From positions 1 through 53,405 of the IMG/VR virus record IMGVR_UViG_3300020593_000094: a DNA stretch of 53,405 bases; one strand, given 5' to 3'. The translations under genes were made by a program, and so were the position numbers. The notes beneath the pieces were generated by a model. It worked only from the letters and a program-made list of their open reading frames with translations. It was not told the origin of the DNA and did not search any database. Of the stretch, positions 8,593 to 18,733 are shown piece after piece; positions within the stretch are counted from its first letter, which is position 1; each line of letters begins with the position of its first letter. The DNA is from a virus. Lineage: Duplodnaviria; Caudoviricetes.

Positions 8593-11067
8593 TCAGTTGA
8601 GCGCACGGACCTCGATCTCCACGCGGCGGTTGGGTTCAAGACACTCGATCAGGCGCGCCCGCGGCAGCTGCATGTCGCACTTCACCAGCGGCTTGGCGCT
8701 GCCCTCGCCCACCGCTTCCATGAGCTCCCCGGGCACGCCCTTGCCGGCCAGGTAGGTCTTGATGGTCTGGGCACGCTGCAGCGAGACCTTCTCGTTGGAA
8801 ACCGGATCGCCCAGCTGGTCGGCATGCCCGGCGATCACGATCTTGCCCACGTTGGGTGTACTCAGGAGCTTGCCGGCGATGGCGTTGAGCTGCCGCTGGC
8901 CGCCGGCCTTGAGGCTCTGGAAGTCGGCGCGGGCGAAAGCGAACAGCGTGTCGGACTCCAGGGTGATGGTCTCGATGGCGCGCAGCGACTGCGAACGCAG
9001 GCTGTTGATGTAGTTGCGCGAGCTGGACACCAGGAAAGCGTTGTCGAGGATGCGCGGCACGTCCGGCTGGCGGATCTGCTCGGCGTAGAAGTCGATCTGC
9101 CGGCTGGCGTATTGATAGTCGGGGGCTTCGCGGTCACTGCCGCCGACGTGCGCGGCGATCGCCGGGTACCAGTAGTCGGGCAGGTGCGCCTTGAGGAAGG
9201 CCGGGTCGGCCTTCTCGCGCTGGGAGCGCGACAGCATCACATAGGTGTCCAGCGCCGCCTCGCCGAAATCGGCGATCGACTGGGCGCGGTTGTCCGTCGG
9301 CAGCGCGCGCGGTTCGACGCTGTCGACACCACTGACCGGGGCCAGTTCGCGGGCATTGCGCTGATAGACCTTGATGCCGGTGAGCAAGTACAGGGTGCGC
9401 GTCAGGTTCTGCGCGGTGGGCTCGAGCATCACGCTTTCCAGGCGGGCGAAGTAGCGTTCGCGCAGCAGCGGCTCCACGGCATGGCCCTGGTACAGCCCCA
9501 GGCGCATGGACAGCGGCACGCCGTCGTCGTGGTGCCAGCCGAAGTAGTGCGCGGTCCACTGGCGCAGGCCGTCCAGACTGCGCCACTGAGTGAAGCGTCC
9601 CGCCTCGTTGCGGTCGGCCTCGGCGGCGCTGGCCAGCTCGCTGCCGATGTCGCGCAACTGGGCATGGTTGTTCCAGAACGACCAGCCCCAGGCGCCGCAC
9701 AGCAGCGCCGCGAGCGACGCGGCCAGGCCGACGCCGATGGCCTTGCGCCGACGTTCGCGGCGGTTGCTGGTGTACAGCGCCACCAGGTGCTGGTCGGGAA
9801 TGATGACCTTGTGGAACAGGCTCGGGATGAACAGCGACTGCGGCCGTGCCGTGGCGCCACCGGGCTCGCCGTCGGCCTGCAGGGAGAAGCGCGCGCTGAC
9901 CGCGCAGGCATGCACGCCGTGGCGCGGCTCGCTGCTGTCCAGTGCCGAGGTGAAATAGAAACCACGCAACAGCTCGGCGCTCTGGTAGGGGTTGGCGCGC
10001 AGCAGCGTGGCGACGAAGGCCTGCAGGCGCGGACGCAGCGCTTCCAGCTCCAGCGGCAGCCGATATACCGACGGGTCCTCCCGGGTGACGCGGATGTCCT
10101 GCTCCACCAGTTGCTGGTGCGCCACCTGCTTCCAGTACTGCACCAGCGCCGCCATGGCGTCGTCGAAGCGCCGGCCCCAGTCGGACTGCTCGAATCCCTG
10201 GTGATTGAAGGTCTTGCCCATCACCTCTTCACGGCGCGTCGGGTCCAGGCACTGGTGGAACTCGCTGAAGCCGGGCAGCAGGTCGCACTTGGTGAACACC
10301 AGGTAGATCGGCAGACGCGCCTCCAGCAGCTGGTGTGCTTCCTGGATGCGTTCGCGCAGACGCTTGGCCAGTTGCTCGCGGTCATCGTCGCCGCCCTGCA
10401 GCAGGTCCTCGATGCTCACCGTCACGATCAGGCCGTTCAGCGGCCGGCGCTGGCGATACTTGCGCAGCAGGGCGAGGAAGCCGCGCCACTTGCCGGCCTC
10501 CTCGGGGTTATGCATGTAGCGTCCGGCGGTATCCAGCAGCACCGCCTCGGCGGCGAAGAACCAGTCGCAGTTGCGCGTGCCGCCCAGGCCGGCGACGCGC
10601 ACGCCCTCGCGGTCGGCATAGGGGAAATTCAACCCGGACTGCGCCAGCATGCTGCTCTTGCCCGCCGCCGGCTGGCCGATCACCAGGTACCAGGGCAAGG
10701 CGTAGAGGGCGTCGCGGCTGCGTCGGCCGCGCCCCTTGGCGCCAAGGCGTTCGAGGCTCTGCAACAGACGTTCGCGCAGCAGGCCGATCTCCTCGCGGTC
10801 CTGCGGGCTGGCCGCCAGCACGGCCTGGTCGGCGTCGTCGCGCAGCAATGCTTCCAGGTCATGGGACGGCGTCGCCGCGCCACGGTACAGCAGCAGTACG
10901 TAGAGCGCCGAAAGCAGCAGGAACAGGGCGATGCCGGCAAGCAGGCTGGGCAGCGAGGCGAAGCCCAGCAACAGGCCCAGGCGCCAGACCAGGAAGATGG
11001 CCAGGAAGAAGGCCAGGCCGAGGATGTAGGGTTGGTACTTGAGGAAGTAGTAGCGGATTCTGTTCAT
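8593..11067 (-). CDS. TssM/IcmF N-terminal NTPase domain fused to a C-terminal OmpA peptidoglycan-binding domain
   Basis: LPWYLVIG..AAGKS, TRNCDWFF, LLDTAGRY, LRGFYFTS (IcmF-N). C-terminal GHADQLG...N.KVSLQRA...PNRRVEIEV (OmpA-like). Start MNRIRYY at 11067 overlaps the tagF stop. Confidence 0.88.
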   Translation of the reverse strand: MNRIRYYFLKYQPYILGLAFFLAIFLVWRLGLLLGFASLPSLLAGIALFLLLSALYVLLLYRGAATPSHDLEALLRDDADQAVLAASPQDREEIGLLRERLLQSLERLGAKGRGRRSRDALYALPWYLVIGQPAAGKSSMLAQSGLNFPYADREGVRVAGLGGTRNCDWFFAAEAVLLDTAGRYMHNPEEAGKWRGFLALLRKYRQRRPLNGLIVTVSIEDLLQGGDDDREQLAKRLRERIQEAHQLLEARLPIYLVFTKCDLLPGFSEFHQCLDPTRREEVMGKTFNHQGFEQSDWGRRFDDAMAALVQYWKQVAHQQLVEQDIRVTREDPSVYRLPLELEALRPRLQAFVATLLRANPYQSAELLRGFYFTSALDSSEPRHGVHACAVSARFSLQADGEPGGATARPQSLFIPSLFHKVIIPDQHLVALYTSNRRERRRKAIGVGLAASLAALLCGAWGWSFWNNHAQLRDIGSELASAAEADRNEAGRFTQWRSLDGLRQWTAHYFGWHHDDGVPLSMRLGLYQGHAVEPLLRERYFARLESVMLEPTAQNLTRTLYLLTGIKVYQRNARELAPVSGVDSVEPRALPTDNRAQSIADFGEAALDTYVMLSRSQREKADPAFLKAHLPDYWYPAIAAHVGGSDREAPDYQYASRQIDFYAEQIRQPDVPRILDNAFLVSSSRNYINSLRSQSLRAIETITLESDTLFAFARADFQSLKAGGQRQLNAIAGKLLSTPNVGKIVIAGHADQLGDPVSNEKVSLQRAQTIKTYLAGKGVPGELMEAVGEGSAKPLVKCDMQLPRARLIECLEPNRRVEIEVRALN

Positions 11068-11987
11068 ACCAGTTGCGCCTCCTCGGCCGGTGCGAAGCGC
11101 GCCAGGTAGTCGCGCAGCGCCAGGCCCTCGTCGGGCAGCTCCAGGGCTCGGTGGTGTTCGTTGAAGTCGGCGAAGCTCTCGAGCAGGTCGTAGCGCTCCT
11201 CGCGCCCGGCCACTCCGGTGAGCAGGCGGTACAGGGCGTCTTCGCCGCGGCCGGTGAAGCACAGCAGCGCCGGACGCATGAAGTCGTCGACCAGCAGGCT
11301 GGCCACGGGAATGGCTCCGCCGGCGAAGCGCGCCAGCCAGGTGCACCAGAGGTCGGCCACCGGGCGCTTGAGCCAGCGCTCGGCCGGCAGCGGCAGGCGC
11401 AGCACCAGCGGGCGGCCCTCGGCCAGGGGTTCGCGCAGGGCGTGCAGGCGGTGCAGCAGCGCGCTGGCGACGAATTCCGGGTAGGTGTTGGCCAGCGCGG
11501 CGGAGATGTCGCGCAGATTGAAGTCGGCAAGGAATTTCTCGTGGACCCGCCGGTACAGCGCCAGGTCCTGCTCACCCCAGGGACGCAACGTCTCGATGCG
11601 GGCGAACAGGTGCTGCGCCTCCACACCTTGGCGCGCCTGGTTGAGGAGGGGCGTGACCTGGCCGGCGAACAGTTCGCCCAGGGTGTGCGGGGCGACGAAG
11701 CCCTGGGCGTGGCTGCCGCGGATGCCCTGGAAGACCAGGAACGGATAGCGCCGGCCGCTGGCATCGCGCGAGCTGGCCAGACCACCGAACAGCCAGTTGC
11801 CGGAGCGTGCGCGGAAGCAGAAGTGGCACAACGGCAGGCGGTCGAAGCGCTCGCGCCAGTCCTCCATGCCCTGCAGACGACCGAGGCCGGCCTGCAGCCA
11901 GGCGTCGAACTCGCGCACCTCTTCCGCTGCGCCGTGCAGGCTGACGAAATCGGCCGCCGCGGGCAGCTTGCCGAAACAACCGATCAT
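11064..11987 (-). CDS. tagF: T6SS-associated protein TagF
   Basis: MIGCFGKLPAAADFV and SRDASGRRYPF motifs; located after tssM. Confidence 0.9.
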   Translation of the reverse strand: MIGCFGKLPAAADFVSLHGAAEEVREFDAWLQAGLGRLQGMEDWRERFDRLPLCHFCFRARSGNWLFGGLASSRDASGRRYPFLVFQGIRGSHAQGFVAPHTLGELFAGQVTPLLNQARQGVEAQHLFARIETLRPWGEQDLALYRRVHEKFLADFNLRDISAALANTYPEFVASALLHRLHALREPLAEGRPLVLRLPLPAERWLKRPVADLWCTWLARFAGGAIPVASLLVDDFMRPALLCFTGRGEDALYRLLTGVAGREERYDLLESFADFNEHHRALELPDEGLALRDYLARFAPAEEAQLV

Positions 11988-12021
11988 GGGCGCGCGCCCT
12001 CGCCTGCCATGGCCAAGGCCC

Positions 12022-15000
12022 TCACAGGCGTCCCGCCTGGCCCAGCGAGCCGAGCGTCTTGACGTTGGCCAGGTCGGTCATCTTCACCCCGCCATAGTTG
12101 CGCACCAGCAGGCTGACATTGCCGGCGCCGGTGCTCCAGGTGAAGCGCTGCTGCACCTCGTCGACGTTGCTCACGCGGGCGCTCTCGCTCATCTTCAGCA
12201 GGCCCCAGCGGCCGGGGTAGTCGAATACCGTCAGGCGCTGGCCGGAGAGGGTCACCACGTCCAGGCGCGCGCCCGGGGTGCTGGTGCTGCCCGGCCAGGC
12301 GAAGCGGCTCCAGTTGCTGCGGCCGTTGCGGTAGTGCTGCTCCTGGCCGTCCAGGGTGAAGACGATGTCGGTGAAGGCGCCGGAAGGTTCGAGCATCACC
12401 TCGAAACCGTTGTCGCGGTCGGACAGGCTGGCAATCACCTCGCCCAGCGAACTGGCGCGGTCGATGCCACTGACCATGTGCGGGTCCACCAGCGGCGCCT
12501 GCTGACCGTTGCCCATGCCCAGGCCTTCGCCGCCGGAGAGGTTGCCGATCTCGTTGCGCTTGAAGGCCGGCAGCAGGCCGGTCTGTGGGTCGACGAAACG
12601 CTGCAGGTCCTTGACCGAGGCCTCATTGGCGCTGCCCGGGGCAATCGGGTAGCGGTGCGCCAGCACCTGGTTCCAGGGCCGTGCGATCTGCTGCGTCCAG
12701 GCCTGGGCGATCTGTTCGCCGGCCGGCCCGCGCAGGCTGTCCCAGCTGTACTGCAACGGCGCGATGAAGAGCTTCTGCAGCGAGGCGGACAGGCCGCCCT
12801 GGCTGGTATCGATGCTGGTCTCCACGTAGTTGCGCGCGCCGGCGAACTCGGAAGGCCCGCCCTCGAGGGTCTCGCTGATCAGCGCCTTGCTGCTCTTGCC
12901 CACGTCCTGGGAACGCTGGACGTTGGCCAGGCGCACCTTGAGCCGGCGCAGCGAGGCCAGGTAGCGATCCATGACGGTGCTGTCGGCGCCTTCGGGGTTC
13001 TCCCGGGCGAACAGCCGCGCCACCGGTTCGAAGCGCTTGGCCAGGCTGCCGTCGTCGACCTTGGGCAGCGGCGTGCTCATCTGTTTGGCGGCCGCTTCGG
13101 CGTCATCGCCGAACACCCCTTTCACCCGCATCCAGAAGCTGTCTTCGACGGCGCTGGCGACCTTCTGCGCCGGCCTCTCCGGCTGGTCCCAGCTGGTGTT
13201 GCGGTCCACCGCCGCGAGCAGTTGCTTGAGCGGCGAGTTCTGCACGTCGCTGTACAGCGACAACTGCCGGGTGGCGCCCTGCATGTCGCCGAACTGGCGC
13301 ACACCGGTACCGGCCAGGAAGCGCATCCAGACCTCGGCGTAGTCGGCCTTGTAGCGGGCCATCAGCTCGCGCATGAAGTTGGCCTTCTGCACCAGGCCAT
13401 CGCCGCCCTCGCCGTCGAGCACCCAATCGGACTCGTTGCGCAGGTCGCCGGAAAGCAGCCTGATCAGCTCCGGCCGCAGGAACTGCTCCCAGCCCTGGCG
13501 GCTGTAGAGCGCCGGGATCGCCTCGCTGGAATACAGCAGGTTGCGCCCGGGCAGCGGCACCAGGTCGTTGAGGGTCAGCGCGGGGAACTGGCGGTCGGCT
13601 TCCAGCTGCAGACGCAGGTACTCGCGATCCACCAGCGAACTGGCGCGCATGAAGGACTTGAGGTTCTGCCGTGCCTCGGCCACCAGTTCCTCGTTGCGGC
13701 GCAGCGCCGGTGCCTCTCCGGCCCGCAGGTAACGAACGTACATGGCGCTGTTGGCACGCACCACCGCGGGGTCGAGCTTGTCGCCCCCCTCCCCGGCCTG
13801 GGCGCGCTCCCAAGCCTGCGGCAGGGTAGCGGCGACGAAGTCGGCATCGGCGTGCTGTTCCGGGCGGGTGAGGATCAGGTAGAGCTTGAGCGCGTCGTAG
13901 GCCTCGATCAACGAGGCCACCTGGTGTTCGTCGAGACGGTCGAGGACCTCCTCGGACAGGCTCAGGCCCGCAGCGGCGGCACGCTCGCCGGAGGTATCCG
14001 CGGCCTTGTCGGCGGCCAACTCGGCCAGGGCGCCGCGACGCGCATCACGCGCGGCTTCACGCAGGCGACTGCCCGCTTCGCCACGCAGGCGCGAGCCCAG
14101 GTCACCAACACTACGGGGCACACCGCCCAGGGACGGGGCGGCAGCGGCGTTGCCTTGGCGCACCTGGCGCAGCGCCGCGCCGGTGGCATCGCTGCTACGG
14201 CCCGGCGCCTTGCCGGCCTCGACGGGTACAGTGAGGGTAGCGCCCAGGCTCTGAGCGAAGTCATCGAGGTTGCGCAGACGCCGCTGCAACTCTCGGCCCA
14301 CCGGCTCCAGGGCCTGGCGCTGCAGTTGATCCAGGTAGGCCCGTTGCAGCGAAGAGCGCAAGTCGTCGCCGGCATAGAGGCCGGCCCCCTGGCGCAGGGG
14401 TACGCCATTCTGCCGCTGATTGTCGACCTCGGCCAGGCGGGTGCGCAGCAGTTCCAGGTCCTGGGCCGGGTCCTGGCCGGCGCCGCCCAACTGGGCGCGC
14501 AGGCCGTCGAGCCAGGCGCGGTTGTTGGCGAACGACCAGCCCTGCCAGGCGGCCAGACCCACCCCGGCCAGCACGGCGACGGCCAGCAGACTGGGCGCCA
14601 GTGTCTTGCGCCTGCCCAAGCGCGAGTAATAGAGGCTGAGATCCCGGTCGGGGAAGATCACCCGGCGGAAGGTGTCGGTGATGAAGTAGCTGCGCTCGCC
14701 AATGCGCCGCGCCAGGTTCTCGTCCGGGCGCTCGACGGTATCGGCGTCCAGGGCGAAGTTCTCGGCCACCACCTCCTCCAGCAGCGGCGGCAGCACCTGG
14801 TCGGTCTGCAGGGCGCTGGTGAAGTACAGGCCACGCAGCACCGCCGGGGTGCGCTGGCGCGCGGCGCGCTCGAAGCTCTCGAGGAAATCGCCGAGCAACC
14901 CGGACAGCTCGCCCAGGTAGCGCGGGAACTGCAGCAGGCTGGCGTCGGCGCGCCCGCCCAGGATGCCGAGCTGGGCACCGATGTGCTGTTCCAGGCTGGC

Positions 15001-15906
15001 CAGCAGCGCACCGAACTTGTCCTGCAGCGCGCCGCGCAGGCCGTGCTGGCGCAGCTCGCCGAGGCTGAAGGTGATGCCCAGCGGCTGCTGGCGGGCGGTG
15101 GCGTCCAGCGCGTCGAAGGCCTGGGAGAAGCCGGGCAGCAGGTCGACCTTGCTGAGCATCAGGTAGATCGGCGGGTTCACCCCCAGGCACTGGCTGTAGG
15201 TCTGGATGCGCTGCGCCAGGCGCTCGGCCAGCTCGCCGCGCTCGTCATGGGAGGCGGCCAGCAGGCCGGGCAGGCTGACCACCAGCACCAGGCCGTTGAC
15301 GGCCGGCTTGCGGCGCTGGCGGCGCAACAGCTTGAGGAATTCGGCGAACTCCTGGGCCGACTGGTCGTCGGTGAGGTAGCGGCCGGCGGTGTCGATGAGC
15401 ACCGCTTCCGGGCTGAAATACCAGTCGCAATGCTGGGTGCCGCTGTCCGTCGCACTCTGCCCGGCAATGCTGGCCGACAGACCCGAGCGCGTCAGCAGGG
15501 AGGTCTTGCCCGAGGCCGACATGCCCACCACCAGGTACCAGGGCAGGTCGTACAGCGCCGCCTTGCCGCCGCCACCCGCCGCACGCGAGGCACGCAGCAA
15601 CGCGATGGTGTGTTTCAGGCGCTGCTGCAACACCTGGGAGTCGCGGAACTCGCCGCCGCTGCCGGCGCTGCGGTCCACCTCGAGCTGGACCAGGTTCTCG
15701 ATGTTGCGCTCGGCGCGGATGCGCCGGTACTGGCGCAGCACCACCAGCAACAGGCAGAAGGCGCTGAACAGCGCCATGGCCACCAGCACGCTCTCGCGCT
15801 GCGGCAGCCAGCGCGGCAGCACAAACCAGCACAGCAGCATGCCGACGAGCCACAACAACGGCAGGGCGAACCAGAAACTCTTGAGTGCGCGGAATATGAC
15901 TTTCAT
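12022..15906 (-). CDS. tssM: T6SS membrane subunit TssM (IcmF)
   Basis: 1294 aa. N-terminal TMs, LPWYLVVG..ASGKTS, CDWYFS, LIDTAGRY, and a C-terminal L.LDGQ...Y.NG...W...WPG domain. Confidence 0.94.
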   Translation of the reverse strand: MKVIFRALKSFWFALPLLWLVGMLLCWFVLPRWLPQRESVLVAMALFSAFCLLLVVLRQYRRIRAERNIENLVQLEVDRSAGSGGEFRDSQVLQQRLKHTIALLRASRAAGGGGKAALYDLPWYLVVGMSASGKTSLLTRSGLSASIAGQSATDSGTQHCDWYFSPEAVLIDTAGRYLTDDQSAQEFAEFLKLLRRQRRKPAVNGLVLVVSLPGLLAASHDERGELAERLAQRIQTYSQCLGVNPPIYLMLSKVDLLPGFSQAFDALDATARQQPLGITFSLGELRQHGLRGALQDKFGALLASLEQHIGAQLGILGGRADASLLQFPRYLGELSGLLGDFLESFERAARQRTPAVLRGLYFTSALQTDQVLPPLLEEVVAENFALDADTVERPDENLARRIGERSYFITDTFRRVIFPDRDLSLYYSRLGRRKTLAPSLLAVAVLAGVGLAAWQGWSFANNRAWLDGLRAQLGGAGQDPAQDLELLRTRLAEVDNQRQNGVPLRQGAGLYAGDDLRSSLQRAYLDQLQRQALEPVGRELQRRLRNLDDFAQSLGATLTVPVEAGKAPGRSSDATGAALRQVRQGNAAAAPSLGGVPRSVGDLGSRLRGEAGSRLREAARDARRGALAELAADKAADTSGERAAAAGLSLSEEVLDRLDEHQVASLIEAYDALKLYLILTRPEQHADADFVAATLPQAWERAQAGEGGDKLDPAVVRANSAMYVRYLRAGEAPALRRNEELVAEARQNLKSFMRASSLVDREYLRLQLEADRQFPALTLNDLVPLPGRNLLYSSEAIPALYSRQGWEQFLRPELIRLLSGDLRNESDWVLDGEGGDGLVQKANFMRELMARYKADYAEVWMRFLAGTGVRQFGDMQGATRQLSLYSDVQNSPLKQLLAAVDRNTSWDQPERPAQKVASAVEDSFWMRVKGVFGDDAEAAAKQMSTPLPKVDDGSLAKRFEPVARLFARENPEGADSTVMDRYLASLRRLKVRLANVQRSQDVGKSSKALISETLEGGPSEFAGARNYVETSIDTSQGGLSASLQKLFIAPLQYSWDSLRGPAGEQIAQAWTQQIARPWNQVLAHRYPIAPGSANEASVKDLQRFVDPQTGLLPAFKRNEIGNLSGGEGLGMGNGQQAPLVDPHMVSGIDRASSLGEVIASLSDRDNGFEVMLEPSGAFTDIVFTLDGQEQHYRNGRSNWSRFAWPGSTSTPGARLDVVTLSGQRLTVFDYPGRWGLLKMSESARVSNVDEVQQRFTWSTGAGNVSLLVRNYGGVKMTDLANVKTLGSLGQAGRL

Positions 15907-15937
15907 GTCTTCCTGACCTGATCGATGAAGGCGAGGC

Positions 15938-16651
15938 TCAATGGCCGAACAACGCGTCCAGTTGCCCGGCGAGGGCCGCCACGTCCTTGCCCAGCAGCCA
16001 GTCGAGGGTGAAGTAGAGGGCCGCGCAGAGCAGCGCGATCAGCCCGACGTAGACCCACAGCGGCACCTCGTAGCGGATCATCTGCGAGACCTGGTCCGGC
16101 AGTGCCCAGTCCGGCGCCAGGGTGCGCGGCGCCTTGCGGTAGCGGGCGATGTCCTGGCCCAGGGTGTTGGCGAGGTAGCGCAGCTGGTCCTTCTGTTCGA
16201 GGTTGTATTTGCCCTCGAAACCCAGGGCCAGGCACAGGTGGTAGACCTCCAGCACGTCGAGGTTGGTCTTGACGTCGGCGCGCAGCGCCTCGAGCTTGTC
16301 GAAGAAGCCCTCGCCCGCCAGGTGCACGCCGAAGTACTTGAACTGCAGTGGATGCAGTTCCACGTGGCTGCGGATGTTGCTGCCGCTGTCGTTGAGCACG
16401 CTTTCGTCGAGGAAGGCACAGAGCGCGTACTGGGTGTCGCGCACCTGCTCGACGCTGTAGCCGGCGGCGCGGGCATTGCGTTCCAGAGAGGCGAAGAAGT
16501 CGTCGACGCTGGCCAGGAAGCGCTCGACGCTCTGTGCCTGGCGACCGCGGCGAATCATCAGGGCCATGGACAGGAAGTCCTTGGCCAGGTCCTTGAGCGT
16601 GGGTTTCTCGCCCTGCTGCAGCAGGGTCGCAGGCATCACGGCTTCGTTCAT
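15938..16651 (-). CDS. tssL: T6SS TssL (DotU family)
   Basis: YALCAFLDE, PLQ..YFG..LAGEGFF, LEVYHLCLALGFEGKY, and a C-terminal TM. Confidence 0.94.
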   Translation of the reverse strand: MNEAVMPATLLQQGEKPTLKDLAKDFLSMALMIRRGRQAQSVERFLASVDDFFASLERNARAAGYSVEQVRDTQYALCAFLDESVLNDSGSNIRSHVELHPLQFKYFGVHLAGEGFFDKLEALRADVKTNLDVLEVYHLCLALGFEGKYNLEQKDQLRYLANTLGQDIARYRKAPRTLAPDWALPDQVSQMIRYEVPLWVYVGLIALLCAALYFTLDWLLGKDVAALAGQLDALFGH

Positions 16652-17991
16652 TTGAGCACCGCCATCAGTTCGAGCTTGAGGTTGGCGAACGCGCTGGGCA
16701 CGTAGAAGGCGATGGCCTGGGCGTCCATCATGCGCTGGTAGACGCGGCCGTGCGGTTCGATGGAGAAGTAGTGGTTGTCCAGGCGCACCGGAATGGCGTT
16801 GGGCAGGCGCGTGGCGTGGTTCAAGGCGGCGCCGGGCATGGCGGTGTTGACCACCACCTCGATGTCTTCCGGCGAGCCCACCTTGAAGGCCCGCGGCACC
16901 AGCTCCAGCAGGCTGGCGCCAGGCATGTCGGCGTGCACCGAGATATAGAAGTCGGCCTCGGCCAGGCGCGGGTCGTGCAGACGGCCGACGTAGTAGGAGG
17001 GCTTGGTCTGCTCCACCGCGATGGGCACGTACTGGTTGGGCACCACGTTGTCCAGCAGTTCGCGCAGCAATGCATCCAGGCGCAGCAGCGAGGCGGCCGG
17101 GTCGTCGTGGTCGTACGGCGGAATGTCCTTGAGCTGGATATTCAGCGAGAAGGTCAGCAGGCTTCCGGCCAGCTCGGCGAGGAAGCGGTAGAGCTGCTCC
17201 GGGTGCAGCCGCGGATGCTGCAGCAGGTGTGCCAACGCCGGGTAGGCGCGGTTGACCGTGTACAGCAGCCAGAACAGGGTGACGTCGCTGGAGCCGAACT
17301 CGGCGATCTGGTCGGCACGCTCGCGGCGCCGGTCGGACAGCGCTTCGCTCTTGGCCTGGAGCACGCCGAGCAGGCGCCGGGCGATGCCCAGCAGGGTGTC
17401 ATGGGCGCCCAGGTGCAGGCAAGGGTGGACGAAATGGCCGTCGAGGTTGAAGCCGCCGGCGTTGTTGCGCACCAGGTTGGCCAGCGGACAGTAGGTGAAG
17501 CCGTCGAGGTTGTCGCCCTCGATCAGCAGCACCACGTTCAGACGCAGGCTGGTGATCTCGTTCTCCAGGTCGCCCTCGTTGAGGTCCGGCAGGGTGTCGA
17601 ACTGCTTGCGGAAACGCCGCGCGCCCTGCTCGGTGGCACCGTCTTCGACGTAGTTGAGGCCATAGGGCTCGGGCCGGCGCAGCGCTGCGTAGACCTTCAG
17701 GTCGCTTTCACGCAGCAGGTCCTTGAGGTCGCGCGCGGCCGGCAGCGGGTCGTGCTGCGGGGCGTCGTAGAGGGTGCCGTCCGGGAACACCAGCTTCAGC
17801 CGCGACAGTTGCAGCACGCCGTTGGCCAGCGCCTCCTCGTCCAGCTCCAGCAGTTGAACACCCCAGTGGAACGGCGTGCTGCGCAGGGTGGCCTGGGCCA
17901 GCTGGTGCTGGTGGAACTCGTCCTGATACTGGAAATGCTGCGGTAGGAGGAACATGCCCTCCGACCACATCACCCGACTGCTCTTGCTCAT
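16648..17991 (-). CDS. tssK: T6SS baseplate subunit TssK
   Basis: VMWSEGMFLLPQHFQ start motif; 447 aa. Confidence 0.95.
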   Translation of the reverse strand: MSKSSRVMWSEGMFLLPQHFQYQDEFHQHQLAQATLRSTPFHWGVQLLELDEEALANGVLQLSRLKLVFPDGTLYDAPQHDPLPAARDLKDLLRESDLKVYAALRRPEPYGLNYVEDGATEQGARRFRKQFDTLPDLNEGDLENEITSLRLNVVLLIEGDNLDGFTYCPLANLVRNNAGGFNLDGHFVHPCLHLGAHDTLLGIARRLLGVLQAKSEALSDRRRERADQIAEFGSSDVTLFWLLYTVNRAYPALAHLLQHPRLHPEQLYRFLAELAGSLLTFSLNIQLKDIPPYDHDDPAASLLRLDALLRELLDNVVPNQYVPIAVEQTKPSYYVGRLHDPRLAEADFYISVHADMPGASLLELVPRAFKVGSPEDIEVVVNTAMPGAALNHATRLPNAIPVRLDNHYFSIEPHGRVYQRMMDAQAIAFYVPSAFANLKLELMAVLK

Positions 17992-18722
17992 AGACTGCCT
18001 TCCAGGGCTGAGTTGACCTTGCTTTCCAGCGCGTCGTGCACGCCGTTCTCGACACTCTCGCCGGCGGCGCGCAGGACACTGTCGCCGGCCTTCTGCAGCA
18101 GCGGCGCGGTGGCGCCCGGCTGCTCCCCGGGGGCACTGGCAGCCAGTTGGCGCGCCGCCGGGTCATCGAGCACGTCGGTGCCCCGGGCCACCGCCACGCG
18201 ACTGCCTTCGAGGTAGATGCGCGCCCCTTCGCTGGAGGAGAACAGCACGCCCTCCTTGCGCATGGAGTCGGCCGCCACAGCCACCTTCCAGCGCGTCTGG
18301 CGCGTGTCGCGGAAGAAGGCGGCAACGCCGATGTAGCGGGCCTCCAGAGCCATGGGCCACTGCTCCACCTGGCCCATGCCCGGCAGCAGAGTCAGCTCGC
18401 GAGCATCCAGCAGGGTGTTGCCCAGCGCCACCTTGGGCGTGTCCCATAAGGCATCGGAGTCGGCGGTCAGGAAGCGCTCCAGCGAGTTCAGCTGGTACAC
18501 CCGAACCACCACCGATAGCGGCTTGCCGTCGCGGCCGGGGTTGAGGTCGTTGCCGCCATCGACGGTGAGGGTCACCTTGTCGCGGTCGCTGAACAGCATG
18601 TCGCCGGCCCAGGTGCCGTCCATGCGCTTGCCCACGCGGTCCATCACCCCGCAGGCGGAGAGCCCCGCGGCGAGCAGCAGCAGGCCGACGAGGCGCAGTT
18701 TTCGGGAAGCGGAGAAAGTCAT
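17988..18722 (-). CDS. tssJ: T6SS lipoprotein TssJ
   Basis: Lipobox LSAC; LNP...GKPLSVVVRVYQL; YIGVAAFFRD. Confidence 0.93.
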   Translation of the reverse strand: MTFSASRKLRLVGLLLLAAGLSACGVMDRVGKRMDGTWAGDMLFSDRDKVTLTVDGGNDLNPGRDGKPLSVVVRVYQLNSLERFLTADSDALWDTPKVALGNTLLDARELTLLPGMGQVEQWPMALEARYIGVAAFFRDTRQTRWKVAVAADSMRKEGVLFSSSEGARIYLEGSRVAVARGTDVLDDPAARQLAASAPGEQPGATAPLLQKAGDSVLRAAGESVENGVHDALESKVNSALEGSL

Positions 18723-18733
18723 CGCGGCGGTCC

